Origin: a virus
Lineage: Duplodnaviria; Heunggongvirae; Uroviricota; Caudoviricetes
Strand: one strand, 5' to 3'
Virus record (IMG/VR): IMGVR_UViG_2695420643_000009
DNA length: 23,161 nt
Both the position numbers and the translations under genes were made by a program. A model generated the notes under the pieces. The model was given only the letters and a program-made list of their open reading frames with translations, ran no database searches and had not been told where the DNA came from. Below, piece by piece: positions 6,828 through 17,210 of this stretch. Within the stretch, counting starts at the first letter, position 1; every line of letters starts with the position of its first letter.

Positions 6828-7412
6828 TTACTCCGGATATTTAAAAATTACGTAGGTATGCGACGGGCAGAGTTTGTTAAGCACACACTCGACAACGGTG
6901 TCACCCCAGATACGCAGTGCGGAATCACAGGGATCGCCACATGTCATCCAGGTGGTGTTGGTGGTGGTTGGCATGTTGACCTGCCAGTAATACCGCCATT
7001 CCGGCGCATTCACCGCGTCAGTACAGGCCGATGAGCAGGTGAACGTGCTTTTGTCGTATCGCGTGATGGTGGCATCTGGTCTGCCCAGGGCAGCAAGCTG
7101 TGCAAGATAAAAATCCTCGTTGATGCCGCCCGCCAGGTTAACCTTCGCATCCAGCCGTTGCTGACGCTGGCGAAGGGTCTGCGTTCCCGCCGGAATACAT
7201 TCATCCGGCAGACCGCACAGACGCTCCCAGCGGTTTATCAGTTCAGTGGTGGTGCGCGGATCCAGCTCCCGCATCAGGGCATCCGCACGCTGATGAACAC
7301 GGGTTAATGACGGTGCCGCACCGGCAATCGCCGGATCGCTGGCTGACCACGCCGGACCGGGCGGCAACAGTGCCGATAACAGGCGGATGTAATCATCGTT
7401 TGTCACGTCCAT
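6828..7412 (-). CDS. ymfQ: YmfQ-like tail/baseplate protein (Mu gp48-like, DUF2313)
   Basis: 194-aa ORF directly upstream of the fibre gene; same length and position as e14 ymfQ as I recall it. Confidence 0.75.
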   Translation of the reverse strand: MDVTNDDYIRLLSALLPPGPAWSASDPAIAGAAPSLTRVHQRADALMRELDPRTTTELINRWERLCGLPDECIPAGTQTLRQRQQRLDAKVNLAGGINEDFYLAQLAALGRPDATITRYDKSTFTCSSACTDAVNAPEWRYYWQVNMPTTTNTTWMTCGDPCDSALRIWGDTVVECVLNKLCPSHTYVIFKYPE

Positions 7413-8461
7413 GAAATCGTCCCCAGTACCGCCAGTTCGTTTTTCGCAATGGAGATATTGTCCACCGGTGCAAGCAACTGATGGCTGTATTCCCCGTTCG
7501 CACCGGAAATCGCCTCACTGATACGCGATACCTTCAGTTCTCCCTGCGGATAACCATCACGCAGCAGGAACGAACGCAACTCCGCGGTAATGGCAGCCCG
7601 TATTTCCGGTGTGTCCGGCGTCACGCGGATATGAAAATCCACTTTATGCGCCACCGGCCTGAATACATACAAATCAGAGCCTGCCACCGGGGCCAGTGGC
7701 TCAATGTGTTGTCTTGCCGCCGTTTCCGTTGATTCTTCCGGAATGGGATTAATCAGGTCACTGCTGGCAATCATCACACCGACAGTTCCCGTTCCCATCC
7801 AGTGACGGTATGTCCATGCGCGGGTAATGCCGGGCACTTCTTTAGCCCAGACGACATAGTCCCCGTCAGCCCCGCCCTGAGGCGTCCAGTAATACCGCTC
7901 AATGACGCGGGCGCGCCACGTTTCCAGCTCTTCAGTATCAAATCCACCTGTCAGGGTATCTGCCACGCCGGAAGACGGCAGACCATTAACCGGCGTGACC
8001 AGGATTAATGACGTACCGTCGTCAGCGTTACCGACCGCGCCTGCACTTGAGCAGGCGATCGGCACGCGCAGGACACCACCGGAGCTGGTTGCATCGGCAG
8101 TTGCCGTGTACTGAACCAGGTCATCGCGCTGAATAACACTCCCGGCGGTCACCTTCAGGCCATCGCTGACACCTTCCCAGCGCATATACCCGCTGGCAGC
8201 CGTGGCCCCCTTGCGCGGACACCGTTTCATCGCAGCATGTCGCGCCAGCCAGGACTCATCGCACAGGTCAGGCAGCATGTTCATTGCCAGATAATCGATG
8301 TACCCGTAAACCGTATGCAGCGCCGCCGCATACACCTTTGCCCGCACGTCTTCATCCATGCGCCGGAGCGTGTCGCTGACGTCCAGCCTGGCGAATAAAT
8401 CGTTACGGAGCATACTGATATTTTCTGCCAGCGTCGGGCGCTGAAATTCACTGTCCGCCAT
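7403..8461 (-). CDS. Baseplate J-like protein (Mu gp47-like; full-length counterpart of the e14 jayE fragment)
   Basis: 352-aa ORF; position between gp46-like and ymfQ-like genes; baseplate-J family resemblance. Confidence 0.8.
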   Translation of the reverse strand: MADSEFQRPTLAENISMLRNDLFARLDVSDTLRRMDEDVRAKVYAAALHTVYGYIDYLAMNMLPDLCDESWLARHAAMKRCPRKGATAASGYMRWEGVSDGLKVTAGSVIQRDDLVQYTATADATSSGGVLRVPIACSSAGAVGNADDGTSLILVTPVNGLPSSGVADTLTGGFDTEELETWRARVIERYYWTPQGGADGDYVVWAKEVPGITRAWTYRHWMGTGTVGVMIASSDLINPIPEESTETAARQHIEPLAPVAGSDLYVFRPVAHKVDFHIRVTPDTPEIRAAITAELRSFLLRDGYPQGELKVSRISEAISGANGEYSHQLLAPVDNISIAKNELAVLGTISWT

Positions 8462-8876
8462 GCGTTATCGCACTCCACAGATCATCAAAAGAAATCATTA
8501 CCGGTCCGTCACGACGCCAGAGAGTGATACTGTTACCCAGTTCATTAATCCCGGTGCGGTGGATATCCAGATCAATACGGGACACCACGCCGTCATCAAT
8601 CATCCATTGCAGGCATTCGCGGATATACCCCCTTACCGTCAGCACCAGCTGATTGGTCAGTTTGCTGCGCTGAAGCAGCCACAGTCGGGAGCCGTAACGG
8701 TCATTCTGTACCGCAGGCCAGGTATCCCCCCACCATCCCATCGGGACGTCGGCGTTGTCATCAGGCTCCGCCCGCCGCCAGGTAAACAGGGAAATCACCA
8801 CGGCGCGGGTCAGCGGATCCAGCGGTGCGCTGGCGCAGGTGCGTTTACCGTTCACCGTCAGCCACAGTTCCATCAT
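8448..8876 (-). CDS. Baseplate protein, Mu gp46-like
   Basis: 142-aa ORF with the Trp-rich character of the gp46 family; overlaps both neighbours. Confidence 0.65.
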   Translation of the reverse strand: MMELWLTVNGKRTCASAPLDPLTRAVVISLFTWRRAEPDDNADVPMGWWGDTWPAVQNDRYGSRLWLLQRSKLTNQLVLTVRGYIRECLQWMIDDGVVSRIDLDIHRTGINELGNSITLWRRDGPVMISFDDLWSAITHGGQ

Positions 8877-9421
8877 GCCTCCATCGATTTATCAGGTTTG
8901 TCGGTGTTACTGCCCTGACCGTTCTCTCTGTGACGATGCCCGTTATAGGCAAGCCGCATCGCTGACATGGTGGTGCCGCTGGAGTCGCACAGGTCTTTCA
9001 CCTGTCCTGTCACTTCCAGGTCCATTTCAAAACGTGCTTTAGGTGAATTGCGAAACGTGATCGTTTTACCTGCACCGTCCACCACGATCCCCTCCCGGGT
9101 CAGCGTCACGGACTGCCCCTGATCGTCATAGACAGCCACCTCACCCGTCTGCAGCCCTTTCAGGCGGTAGCGCCGGTCCGACACCGTAACAACCACCGCA
9201 TGAGAACGGTCACCATCCGGAAACAACACCACCGCTTCCGCACCGCTGTTTGCCCTTGCGGTAAAACCGTAGGGTTCAAGATGTTCAACCCCGGCTTTGG
9301 GTTCACCGGCAATCAGGGACACATCCACGGTCTGACATTTCGTGGCGGCACTGATGCTTTTCACCACCGCCCGCCCAATCAGGCCGAGGAGTTGTCGCTG
9401 CATGGCTTCAATCGCCTTCAT
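8873..9421 (-). CDS. Baseplate assembly/spike protein (gpV-like, Mu gp45-like)
   Basis: 182-aa ORF; ATGA overlap with the upstream gene; gpV-family resemblance. Confidence 0.7.
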   Translation of the reverse strand: MKAIEAMQRQLLGLIGRAVVKSISAATKCQTVDVSLIAGEPKAGVEHLEPYGFTARANSGAEAVVLFPDGDRSHAVVVTVSDRRYRLKGLQTGEVAVYDDQGQSVTLTREGIVVDGAGKTITFRNSPKARFEMDLEVTGQVKDLCDSSGTTMSAMRLAYNGHRHRENGQGSNTDKPDKSMEA

Positions 9422-10500
9422 CAGAACGGGTCCTCCTGTACTCTGGCTTTTTTCTTTTTCCGCGCGCCGGGGGCTTCGGGTTCAGGCAGATAAGCATCAG
9501 GTGGGCCGACACGGATTTCCGTCAGGGTGCCATTCTGGTCCTGAGTAAACGTGACTTCCGAGACAAGCAGTTCGGTATTGTCGAAACCACAGACCGGATC
9601 GAAGACAATCACCCGCTGGTTGGGCTGCCACAGCGTACCGTTACCCTGTCGCCAGCCCTGCACCACATAGGTGGTTTCATCCGTCCGCGCCGCCCGTTGT
9701 CGGGCTTCAAAGTCAGCACGCGCAATACAGCCTGCCCCCGTAGCCTGCCCTGTCTGCCTGATATACATCGGACGGTAACGGGCAATAAATGCGTCCTCTG
9801 TGCGGGCCCGCAGCGCAGTTGTGGTGGCCTCACCGAAATCATCGTCGTTTCCGGCACGCTGCCCCGCCACCTGGTAAACAGAAAACCGCTCCCGGATACT
9901 CTTCTCCGTATCGCAGGAAAGGATGTTTTCCCCGAGTACCAGCGCGGTATGTGCCCGCGTTGAGCCAATACCGCCAATCACCAGCCTGCCGTGCGGGTCG
10001 TCATAAGCCAGCGCCTGCTGCTGACCGAGTATTTTGTTAATCACCTCGATCACCGTTTCACCGTGATCAGGCTGGACATCAGGAATAACACCCGACGGCG
10101 CACCGCTGTTCACCACCTCAATGCCGAAGGGCGCAGCAAGCGCCTGCGCAATCTGTACCAGTGATCGTCCGTTAAACTGTGTCGGTTCAGCTGCACAATC
10201 AATCAGGTCAGCGGTCAGACTGCGTCCGGCAATACCGGTGCTGACCGAACGGGCATCGTAACGAACGGGCGTCGCCTCCACCCAGCCGGTGATCACCAGC
10301 TCATCACCAATCAGCACCTCCACTTTTGAACCGTTTTTAATGCGCGGCTGAAGCGTGGTGATACCCTCATCACCCGGCCACTGGCGGGTGATCTCCACAC
10401 TGAAATCCCGCGCCAGTCGTTCAACACCGGCACCGATGCGCACCGATGTCCAGCCATTCCACTCCCGGCCATTTACCCGTAGCGTGACATTGTCGTTCAT
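9421..10500 (-). CDS. Tail/baseplate hub protein (P2 gpD-like, Mu gp44-like)
   Basis: 359-aa ORF; C-terminal Lys-rich tail (ARKKKKARVQEDPF); synteny with the Mu-like tail module. Confidence 0.65.
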   Translation of the reverse strand: MNDNVTLRVNGREWNGWTSVRIGAGVERLARDFSVEITRQWPGDEGITTLQPRIKNGSKVEVLIGDELVITGWVEATPVRYDARSVSTGIAGRSLTADLIDCAAEPTQFNGRSLVQIAQALAAPFGIEVVNSGAPSGVIPDVQPDHGETVIEVINKILGQQQALAYDDPHGRLVIGGIGSTRAHTALVLGENILSCDTEKSIRERFSVYQVAGQRAGNDDDFGEATTTALRARTEDAFIARYRPMYIRQTGQATGAGCIARADFEARQRAARTDETTYVVQGWRQGNGTLWQPNQRVIVFDPVCGFDNTELLVSEVTFTQDQNGTLTEIRVGPPDAYLPEPEAPGARKKKKARVQEDPF

Positions 10501-11825
10501 TGCACTGGCACCTTCAGAGGGATCACCGGCACAAAGCCGGGATGCGTAATGGCATTACGCCGGATAATGTCCGCATCACGCGCCGCGTTATCAAACCAGG
10601 TCGCCGCCAGCACCAGCGCGGGTAAAACCTCATCCGGTGTGCGCTGAATGATCCGTGCAGACTGTTCAAGGCGCGTGTTGATATCCGCATTCAGATCTGC
10701 TTTCACCCGGCGCAGTGCCAGAAACAGCGCATCACTGGTTGTACGGGACAACTCCTTATCAATTGCCGTATTCAGTGTGTCGCGAATGTCAGTCAGTTCT
10801 TCCCACGTTGGCAGGTCAACCGTGTTTTTCACCGCCGGTGCATTGTTCAGTGCCGGATGCGTGACGGAAGGCCAGCCAGTGCTCTGCGCAGGTGTTGTTG
10901 ACTGCCCCACTGCGGCATTCTGCATCACCGCGGAAGTTGTTGGCGCAGGCAATCGGGTGACGGCATACGCCGCTTCGCTGATTGCGGTCGTACGAAGGGT
11001 GCTGGCAACCTCGTTACGCTGATGCGTCGCCGTGGCGGTGGTTTTACTGTCCGTTTTCCAGACGCCGCGCGGTTGCAGATCGCTGCCGAGGCTGACACCG
11101 GAAAGCGTTTTGATCATGGTGACCAGGTCGCTGGCGTTACCATAAAGGCGTTTCCCGGTACGCCACATTTTCTGCATCTGCTCAACGAAATTTTTGCCTG
11201 ACGATGGTGGCGGCAGAAGTACCGAGATATCCCCCTGCAACAGCCTGGCAGCATCCGATACGGCAGAATCCACCACTTTCATCGCATCAGAAACATACCC
11301 AAGCATTGTGCTGGCATTACCGACGACGTCGTTCTGCACAAAATCCGCCACGCCATCGATACTGAAACCGCTGAAGCTGTCACTGATGCAGTCATCCAGT
11401 GCAGAACAGGATGACATCAGCGTCTGCGCCGTCGCCGCACCTGATGTGGGGTAAGAGAGTTCTCCCGCTTCGACAAACTTCAGGTCAAAGCGGACAATAC
11501 GCCCTTCACTCTTCGATGTGCTGACCCGAACCTCTCCGTCAACACAGACTTTCAGCTCACCGTAAGTCGGATGGACAAGCGTGCCGGGACCGGGTTTATT
11601 CAGCGCGTCAATCAGACGATCGCGCTGGTCAAAGCAGTCATCTCCCACCACATAAGCTGTGATGGACGGGCGGAAAGTGATTTTCCCCAGGTCTTCGGTA
11701 TAGGGTTTGTCGCGGTTCGGGTATTCGTGCGTTTCCACACGACGACCGGTTCCCGCACTTTCTTCTTCAACCTTAAACGGCACACCGCGAAATGACGCGT
11801 CCTGAAGTCTGTCTTTCCACGTCAT
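10497..11825 (-). CDS. DNA circularisation protein (Mu gp43-like, N-terminal DNA_circ_N domain)
   Basis: MTWKDRLQDASFRGVPFKVEEESAGTGRRVETHEYPNRDKPYTEDLG... is typical of the family N-terminus. Start taken at the ATG at 11825 (GGAG 6 nt upstream) rather than the RBS-less track start at 11867. Confidence 0.7.
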   Translation of the reverse strand: MTWKDRLQDASFRGVPFKVEEESAGTGRRVETHEYPNRDKPYTEDLGKITFRPSITAYVVGDDCFDQRDRLIDALNKPGPGTLVHPTYGELKVCVDGEVRVSTSKSEGRIVRFDLKFVEAGELSYPTSGAATAQTLMSSCSALDDCISDSFSGFSIDGVADFVQNDVVGNASTMLGYVSDAMKVVDSAVSDAARLLQGDISVLLPPPSSGKNFVEQMQKMWRTGKRLYGNASDLVTMIKTLSGVSLGSDLQPRGVWKTDSKTTATATHQRNEVASTLRTTAISEAAYAVTRLPAPTTSAVMQNAAVGQSTTPAQSTGWPSVTHPALNNAPAVKNTVDLPTWEELTDIRDTLNTAIDKELSRTTSDALFLALRRVKADLNADINTRLEQSARIIQRTPDEVLPALVLAATWFDNAARDADIIRRNAITHPGFVPVIPLKVPVQ

Positions 11826-11885
11826 ATAAACTCCGTACATAAAAAATCCCACCGGAGTGGGACTCATTAACAGATTAATTTTTCA

Positions 11886-13721
11886 TTACCTGCCAAAGCG
11901 CGTATAGCCAACATCATGGCTGACATCAAAACCGCTGGATCGCGTTTCCATAACCCGCATACCCGGAGGCGAATTCACAAAAGAGACCTTGATCTCACCA
12001 TCAACTTTTGGCGCAGAAGCTTTGTTAATCATGAAGGGATTCGGGCCTGTGGCATCGGAGGCGTTGTTTGACTGAGCCGGATCTACCGCCTGATAAGGTG
12101 TGTATCCCCGTGCCGGTATTCCCGTCCCATAAGCATCATAAGCACCCGCGCCCCACTGCGCAGAGTTAATGGCATCGACCGTGTCACCGGAACTGTCGGT
12201 AAACCACTCAATAATTGGCTTCAGCTTGTCCCACATATCCTGAAACCACTTAACAACCGGTCCCCAGTTATTGATTACCATCCCCAGCGGCGACCAGGCA
12301 AAAACCTTCTTCAGAAGTTCCCAGCCAGCCTCAAAATAAGGACCAATGGTTTCCCAGAGCTTCTTGAAATAAGGTCCGACAACATCCCAGTTAGTGATAA
12401 TTAATCCCGCAGCCAGGGCTATCGCCGTCGCAATCATTCCAATCGGCGTCATCGACATGATCCTGCTGACAATACTGATGGCACCGCCAACGCCCATCAA
12501 TCCCAGTTTCAGAATCGCAAGACCGGCAGCAAGCCCGACGACGCCGCGAATAACCCGGGGATTTTCATCCGCAAACTTCGTGAATTTTTCCCCCAACTCC
12601 CCCAGCCATTGCGTGATATTTTTAGCGTCACCAGAAAATGCGCCGCCAATAGCTGCAAGACCGTTAGTTGCGGTCCCCGTCATTGCCTCCCACAGGTTGG
12701 ACAGCGTACCAAGCTGTGCCTGAACACGTTTATTCAGGCTGGCCTGTTTATTCATCTTCTGCTGGATCTGATCGTAACCATCCTTTCCTTTATCGATCAG
12801 AGCATTGACCACCTGAAGGGTTTCGGCATCATCACCAAATATTGCCTTAAGTACACCTGTTCGCTTAACGTCGGTCAGTTTTCGCAGCTTTGCCAGTTGC
12901 TTAAACATGTTATCAAGACCGCCAAAACTCCCTTTGCCGTCAGTAAAATCGAGCTGCACTCCGAGTTTCTGGCGGGCCATGACTTTATTGACGTCCCTGA
13001 TTTTCTTAACGCTTAATCCGGACTGGATAACTTTTCGCAGGGCATTACCTGCCGACTCCCCGTTCATCCCCATCTGATCCATCATGACGCTGATAGGGGC
13101 AAGGCTCTGTGCAGCCTGAAGACCGTCCTTATTCACCATCTTCAGAACAGAACTGGTTTTAGTGAAGAAGGACAACATGTTGGTATCGTCAACGCCCAGA
13201 TAAAACGCCTTCTGGATAGTATCGAACAGCCCCATCATGTCTTCTGAGGCCGTTCCGGTAGCATCCTGCATCTTTGCTGCAAACTCAGCAGCCGCTTCCG
13301 GTGTTTTTTTCAGTTGTACCGCAAGATAAGCTGTCGCTTTACCCACACCACCCAGGATGTTTTCTGCCGGGATCCCCTGACGCACCAGCATCTGCATCAT
13401 GTTCTGGAAATCAGCCGTTGTACCGGGTAGCTGGTTACCCAGGCCAATAGCCAGTTTATTGATGTCCTGAAAGCGCTTTCCAACCTCGCCGTTCGCATCC
13501 ATCATGGCGACTTTCAGCCCGGTAGCGGCGTTTTCCTGATCGGCATAAGATTTCAGGGAAAGCGTCAGCCCCGCTGCCAGTCCGCCACCAAGCGCCAGCC
13601 CACCCTGTGACGCTTCTTCCGCCTGGCGTTTAAATCCCCGGATTTTCTTTTGCATTTTCGACAGCGCGGGAGAAAGCCTGTCGACACCGGTGATCAACGC
13701 CTTAAGCTCAAATTCAGCCAT
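11886..13721 (-). CDS. Tail tape measure protein
   Basis: 611-aa ORF; Ala/Gly-rich helical sequence with hydrophobic segments (GVVGLAAGLAILKLGLMGVGGAISIV...) and a Trp-rich C-terminal region; position after the chaperone pair. Confidence 0.85.
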   Translation of the reverse strand: MAEFELKALITGVDRLSPALSKMQKKIRGFKRQAEEASQGGLALGGGLAAGLTLSLKSYADQENAATGLKVAMMDANGEVGKRFQDINKLAIGLGNQLPGTTADFQNMMQMLVRQGIPAENILGGVGKATAYLAVQLKKTPEAAAEFAAKMQDATGTASEDMMGLFDTIQKAFYLGVDDTNMLSFFTKTSSVLKMVNKDGLQAAQSLAPISVMMDQMGMNGESAGNALRKVIQSGLSVKKIRDVNKVMARQKLGVQLDFTDGKGSFGGLDNMFKQLAKLRKLTDVKRTGVLKAIFGDDAETLQVVNALIDKGKDGYDQIQQKMNKQASLNKRVQAQLGTLSNLWEAMTGTATNGLAAIGGAFSGDAKNITQWLGELGEKFTKFADENPRVIRGVVGLAAGLAILKLGLMGVGGAISIVSRIMSMTPIGMIATAIALAAGLIITNWDVVGPYFKKLWETIGPYFEAGWELLKKVFAWSPLGMVINNWGPVVKWFQDMWDKLKPIIEWFTDSSGDTVDAINSAQWGAGAYDAYGTGIPARGYTPYQAVDPAQSNNASDATGPNPFMINKASAPKVDGEIKVSFVNSPPGMRVMETRSSGFDVSHDVGYTRFGR

Positions 13722-13881
13722 GTGTGCGTTTCTCCTGCTCTATCCTGTTTGCCTGACTGACCAGCAAGGGAATTTCACTGATCGGCATATTCAGCAATTC
13801 GAAGGGATTAATGCGCCAGTAGCTGGCGCAGTCAAAGAAGCGATCAGTGAGGTATTCAGCCGTCAGGCCTGGAGGAAAAAA
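13714..13881 (-). CDS. Frameshift extension (T part) of the tail assembly chaperone; expressed only as a G-T fusion by -1 frameshifting
   Basis: -1 frame relative to 13863..14132; slippery heptamer T-TTT-TTC (plus-strand 13875..13881 GAAAAAA) at the start of the overlap; ORF runs to a stop at 13714 overlapping the tape-measure start. Confidence 0.55.
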   Translation of the reverse strand, partial: FFPPGLTAEYLTDRFFDCASYWRINPFELLNMPISEIPLLVSQANRIEQEKRTHG

Positions 13882-14132
13882 CCAGCCACAAGCCACGCCG
13901 CTGCATTCAGGTCTGCCGGAGACATCTGGTCGACAGAGCTTTGCGGCACTTTCGCCAGCCGCACAATGTATTTCGACACCACATGCGCCAGAAGTCTGAC
14001 GGACTCATCCTGATTCATCTGGTAGGGATACCCCAGCTCGCGGACATCCTTCCCGGTGGGTTCATCAAACTCCAGTACGGAGAGTGTCTCGCCATGAGCA
14101 ATAATCGGTTTCTTTAACTCAAGCTCTTTCAT
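13863..14132 (-). CDS. Tail assembly chaperone (gpG-like)
   Basis: 89-aa ORF between the tail tube and tape measure genes; ATGA overlap with the tube gene; ends ...AGFFLQA* over the slippery site. Confidence 0.7.
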   Translation of the reverse strand: MKELELKKPIIAHGETLSVLEFDEPTGKDVRELGYPYQMNQDESVRLLAHVVSKYIVRLAKVPQSSVDQMSPADLNAAAWLVAGFFLQA

Positions 14133-14488
14133 TACTGGTAATCCCCTTCTTCACCGTGGAACTCAAGATCAACCGTGCCTTCTTCGGCATTATGGTTCGC
14201 TTCGCCGTGCAGCCAGGCAGACGACAATACATAGACCTGACCGTTCGCCAGCTCGGCAGTGATGGTCATCTCAACAGACGAGGTGATTTTGCTCACCGGA
14301 AAATTCTTCGGCACCTTGAAGGTTCCTTTGACATAAGGCGCGCGGTGAGTTTCCTTGCGGTCCACTGAACCATCCAGACCGATGATGTCATCGTTAACCG
14401 TTTTGTTCATGGGCACCTCAATGCCGCCGGTCAGCGATAGCTGCTGACCGTCAATTTTGAAATAACAGGTTCCCCCGATACGGGCCAT
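14132..14488 (-). CDS. Tail tube protein (Mu gpM-like)
   Basis: 118-aa ORF immediately after the sheath gene with ATGA overlap. Confidence 0.7.
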   Translation of the reverse strand: MARIGGTCYFKIDGQQLSLTGGIEVPMNKTVNDDIIGLDGSVDRKETHRAPYVKGTFKVPKNFPVSKITSSVEMTITAELANGQVYVLSSAWLHGEANHNAEEGTVDLEFHGEEGDYQ

Positions 14489-15984
14489 TATGCAGACTCC
14501 TCTGAATACTGAAGACGGAACTGGTTAACCACGGCAAAGACACGCAACTGGTTAACATAGTCAGGCGGGAACAGCGTGTTCAGGCGGTTCGGATCGCTGG
14601 CATCACGCTCCACAATCAGGTACTGCTTGAACAGTTCGTAGTTTTCCACGATCCCCGCACGCTCGAGCTGACGGTAGGTTGCCAGCAGTTCCCCTTTGAT
14701 CACCGCCGGGGTGACAATCGCCTGACCGGGACCAAAGCGGGTACCGTCACTGGCAAGCTTGTGACGCCCGTACTTACTGGTAATGACGGATTTCAGTTTG
14801 CGCAGTACATACGCGCTGGTATGCAGCGTCTCGCTGTCGAGGTAGCTGTTATCCGCAACACCGTAAGCGTTTTTCCTGTACGTGGTGACATCACGCTGAA
14901 TGCGCAGCACCCCGCTTTCGACATACGCCGTTGCCACGCCATGAGACAGCAGGGTCTGTTGTTCGGTCATCGTGAACCGTTTCCCCTTCGGCGCAGGCAG
15001 CATACCCACCAGCTCACCGGTCTGCGTGGGACGTGCCGGATCGTTGCGAATAAACACCGCTGCGCGGGCGGTACGGCTTGCCGCCAGCTCGTCGGCAGGC
15101 GTCTGGGTCTCTTTTTCGTATCCCGCCAGGGTAATGTGCTGCTGGTTAAACTGGTCACCTGCGGTCACCAGTTCTGACAGCGTGCCGATCTTTGCCGTGT
15201 ACACATGACCATACAGCTGACGCGCATAGCTCCAGCGACCGCTGGTATCGTTCATCTCGGTCACCAGCGTGTTAACGGAGGCCGTGTCGTTGAACGGCAG
15301 GCCGATATAATCAAACGGCTCATCCGCCATTGCAGCCACCGCGCCGGTGAGAACAGGAGCGCCCGTTCCGGCGGTACCCGTCGCCACGGCAATCTGTACG
15401 CCCGCTGGCAGCACTTCGCCCCCACCAAAGCCGTAGTAATTGAGGCTGACAGGAATTTCATTCCCGCAAAGCCCCTTATGACGCGCGGTCAGTGTGACCA
15501 CGCCTGCCGAAGATGAGGCAGTAAACGGCAGGGTCGGAACGGCATTGATGGCATCTTTGATACTGCTGGCAATCGTCGCGACGTTATCGCCGTTGGTCAC
15601 CGGTGCCTGCACGCGGGTACGTCCCACATAAACATTCACCGTGCCGGTTTCGGTTGCCGCGCCGGTCACCGTCAGCGTAACTGTTGCCGCCGCGCCCGTG
15701 GATTCAGGAACGGCAATCACATACAGTTCACCAAACGGGTCGGTCTGGCGATAAGCCTCGACCATACGCGCCAGCTGACTTCCCGCACCACAAATCTGGC
15801 GTGCATAGTCTGCCGACGGCATCAGCACCAGACTGTTGGCAACAATCTCTGCACCGTTATTGGCATGACCAATCAGCAGCGATGCTCCGCTGTCCTGTGC
15901 AGTATTCGCAGCCTGGTTATCCATTTCCGCATAAAACAGCGGAACCAGCGTATTCGACGGAATGGTGTTAAAGCTTATCGTCAT
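14488..15984 (-). CDS. Contractile tail sheath protein (Mu gpL-like)
   Basis: 498-aa ORF; size, position and sheath-family resemblance. Confidence 0.85.
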   Translation of the reverse strand: MTISFNTIPSNTLVPLFYAEMDNQAANTAQDSGASLLIGHANNGAEIVANSLVLMPSADYARQICGAGSQLARMVEAYRQTDPFGELYVIAVPESTGAAATVTLTVTGAATETGTVNVYVGRTRVQAPVTNGDNVATIASSIKDAINAVPTLPFTASSSAGVVTLTARHKGLCGNEIPVSLNYYGFGGGEVLPAGVQIAVATGTAGTGAPVLTGAVAAMADEPFDYIGLPFNDTASVNTLVTEMNDTSGRWSYARQLYGHVYTAKIGTLSELVTAGDQFNQQHITLAGYEKETQTPADELAASRTARAAVFIRNDPARPTQTGELVGMLPAPKGKRFTMTEQQTLLSHGVATAYVESGVLRIQRDVTTYRKNAYGVADNSYLDSETLHTSAYVLRKLKSVITSKYGRHKLASDGTRFGPGQAIVTPAVIKGELLATYRQLERAGIVENYELFKQYLIVERDASDPNRLNTLFPPDYVNQLRVFAVVNQFRLQYSEESA

Positions 15985-16138
15985 CGGTGTTCACCTTTTT
16001 ATTCACGCGCCGGATATCACCCGCTGCTTCACGGCGCAGCCAGTAGTTGTTCTCATCAACATTTCGCCCTTCGGCGGGCAAAAGGTCGCCGTGGGCAGGG
16101 TCAGGCACTGACCGCCCTTTAACAGGTTTCACAAACAT
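15968..16138 (-). CDS. Small hypothetical protein (56 aa) preceding the sheath gene; absent from the ORF track because it is under 60 aa
   Basis: ATG at 16138 with GAGGA just upstream; MFVKPVKGRSVPDPAHGDLLPAEGRNVDENNYWLRREAAGDIRRVNKKVNTDDDKL; stop overlaps the sheath start; fills the only gap in the operon. Confidence 0.3.
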   Translation of the reverse strand: MFVKPVKGRSVPDPAHGDLLPAEGRNVDENNYWLRREAAGDIRRVNKKVNTDDDKL

Positions 16139-16146
16139 GATGATCC

Positions 16147-16707
16147 TCAGGAAGGAAGGGGTATTTCGGTGTGATGTTCGATATCGCCGTCAGGCCCGTT
16201 ACCGGGATCGAGATAATCAACATCAATCGCCAGCGTTCGCAGTTCATCCAGACTGTTCAGGTCATCCTGCTGGCGGGTATCGTCTTCGGTCAGCTCGCTG
16301 ATGACCGAAAAATCGAACTGATAAATCAGCTCATGACGATTCAGATCCAGCAGCGTGCCGCCGTCATAGGTAATCGGGTTACCACACGCTTCCGGGTTCC
16401 AGCCCAGCAGAGCCTTAAAGAGCATCTGCCGGACATCGTCCACCACATCATACGAGGCAAACTGACCGCGCTCATCACGCCCGTTACTCAGTATGACAAC
16501 CACGGAGAAGCCCTCTTTCAGCTCCTGCCAGTAGTCGGTCTGGCTTTTGTTTTCTCCCGGAGAGTCATCACCCGGTACCACATATGCCGCCGGGAGCTTC
16601 AGCTTTCCGACCTCCGGCAGATTTTTGAACTGGGCCGCGCCTGCCACCCGGTTTTCAAAATACGGACAGCGGGCACGCAGCGCAGCAATAACAGGAGTCA
16701 GTTTCAT
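16147..16707 (-). CDS. Putative tail terminator / tail completion protein (Gp37-like)
   Basis: 186-aa ORF in the head-to-tail junction block; assignment by position and weak family resemblance only. Confidence 0.4.
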   Translation of the reverse strand: MKLTPVIAALRARCPYFENRVAGAAQFKNLPEVGKLKLPAAYVVPGDDSPGENKSQTDYWQELKEGFSVVVILSNGRDERGQFASYDVVDDVRQMLFKALLGWNPEACGNPITYDGGTLLDLNRHELIYQFDFSVISELTEDDTRQQDDLNSLDELRTLAIDVDYLDPGNGPDGDIEHHTEIPLPS

Positions 16708-17210
16708 CTGTGTCGTCGCTCCGGCTTCAGTGATTTACGCAATTCCCGCGCCAGAAAATAGCGTGTCCAGCTGCGGTTCTTTTCAAGCGTTTCCACCATG
16801 AAGTTATTACGTGGAGCCAGTCGCCAGCCGCTGCCACCGGATGCACCACGATGATGGCTGCGACGACGCTTTGCCCCTCGCCTCACGCCATAGAACAAAA
16901 AAGCCGGATAAAAATCACCGGTGATACGACGGTTTCCCTCTCCATTACGCTGGTTAGGGGCTATACGTGCCATAAAACCAGGGCGATGTTTACTGGCTCT
17001 GGGTACCATGTAACCAATCGAATGAGCCAGGCGTCCGGTCTGATAACCGGGGTTTTCACCCGGTGCCGACCGCGCACGGCGCATCACCAGCCGACGGGCA
17101 TCACGCATATGACGCTGACCAATCGTGACAAACGCCCGCCGGACACGGGCGCGGTTAAAGCGCATCTCCGCAGGCTGCTGAAAATCAACGTGCAAAAAGG
17201 AAGTCGTCAT
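16704..17210 (-). CDS. Putative tail completion protein (HK97 gp10-like)
   Basis: 168-aa Arg-rich ORF; position in the connector block. Confidence 0.4.
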   Translation of the reverse strand: MTTSFLHVDFQQPAEMRFNRARVRRAFVTIGQRHMRDARRLVMRRARSAPGENPGYQTGRLAHSIGYMVPRASKHRPGFMARIAPNQRNGEGNRRITGDFYPAFLFYGVRRGAKRRRSHHRGASGGSGWRLAPRNNFMVETLEKNRSWTRYFLARELRKSLKPERRHR

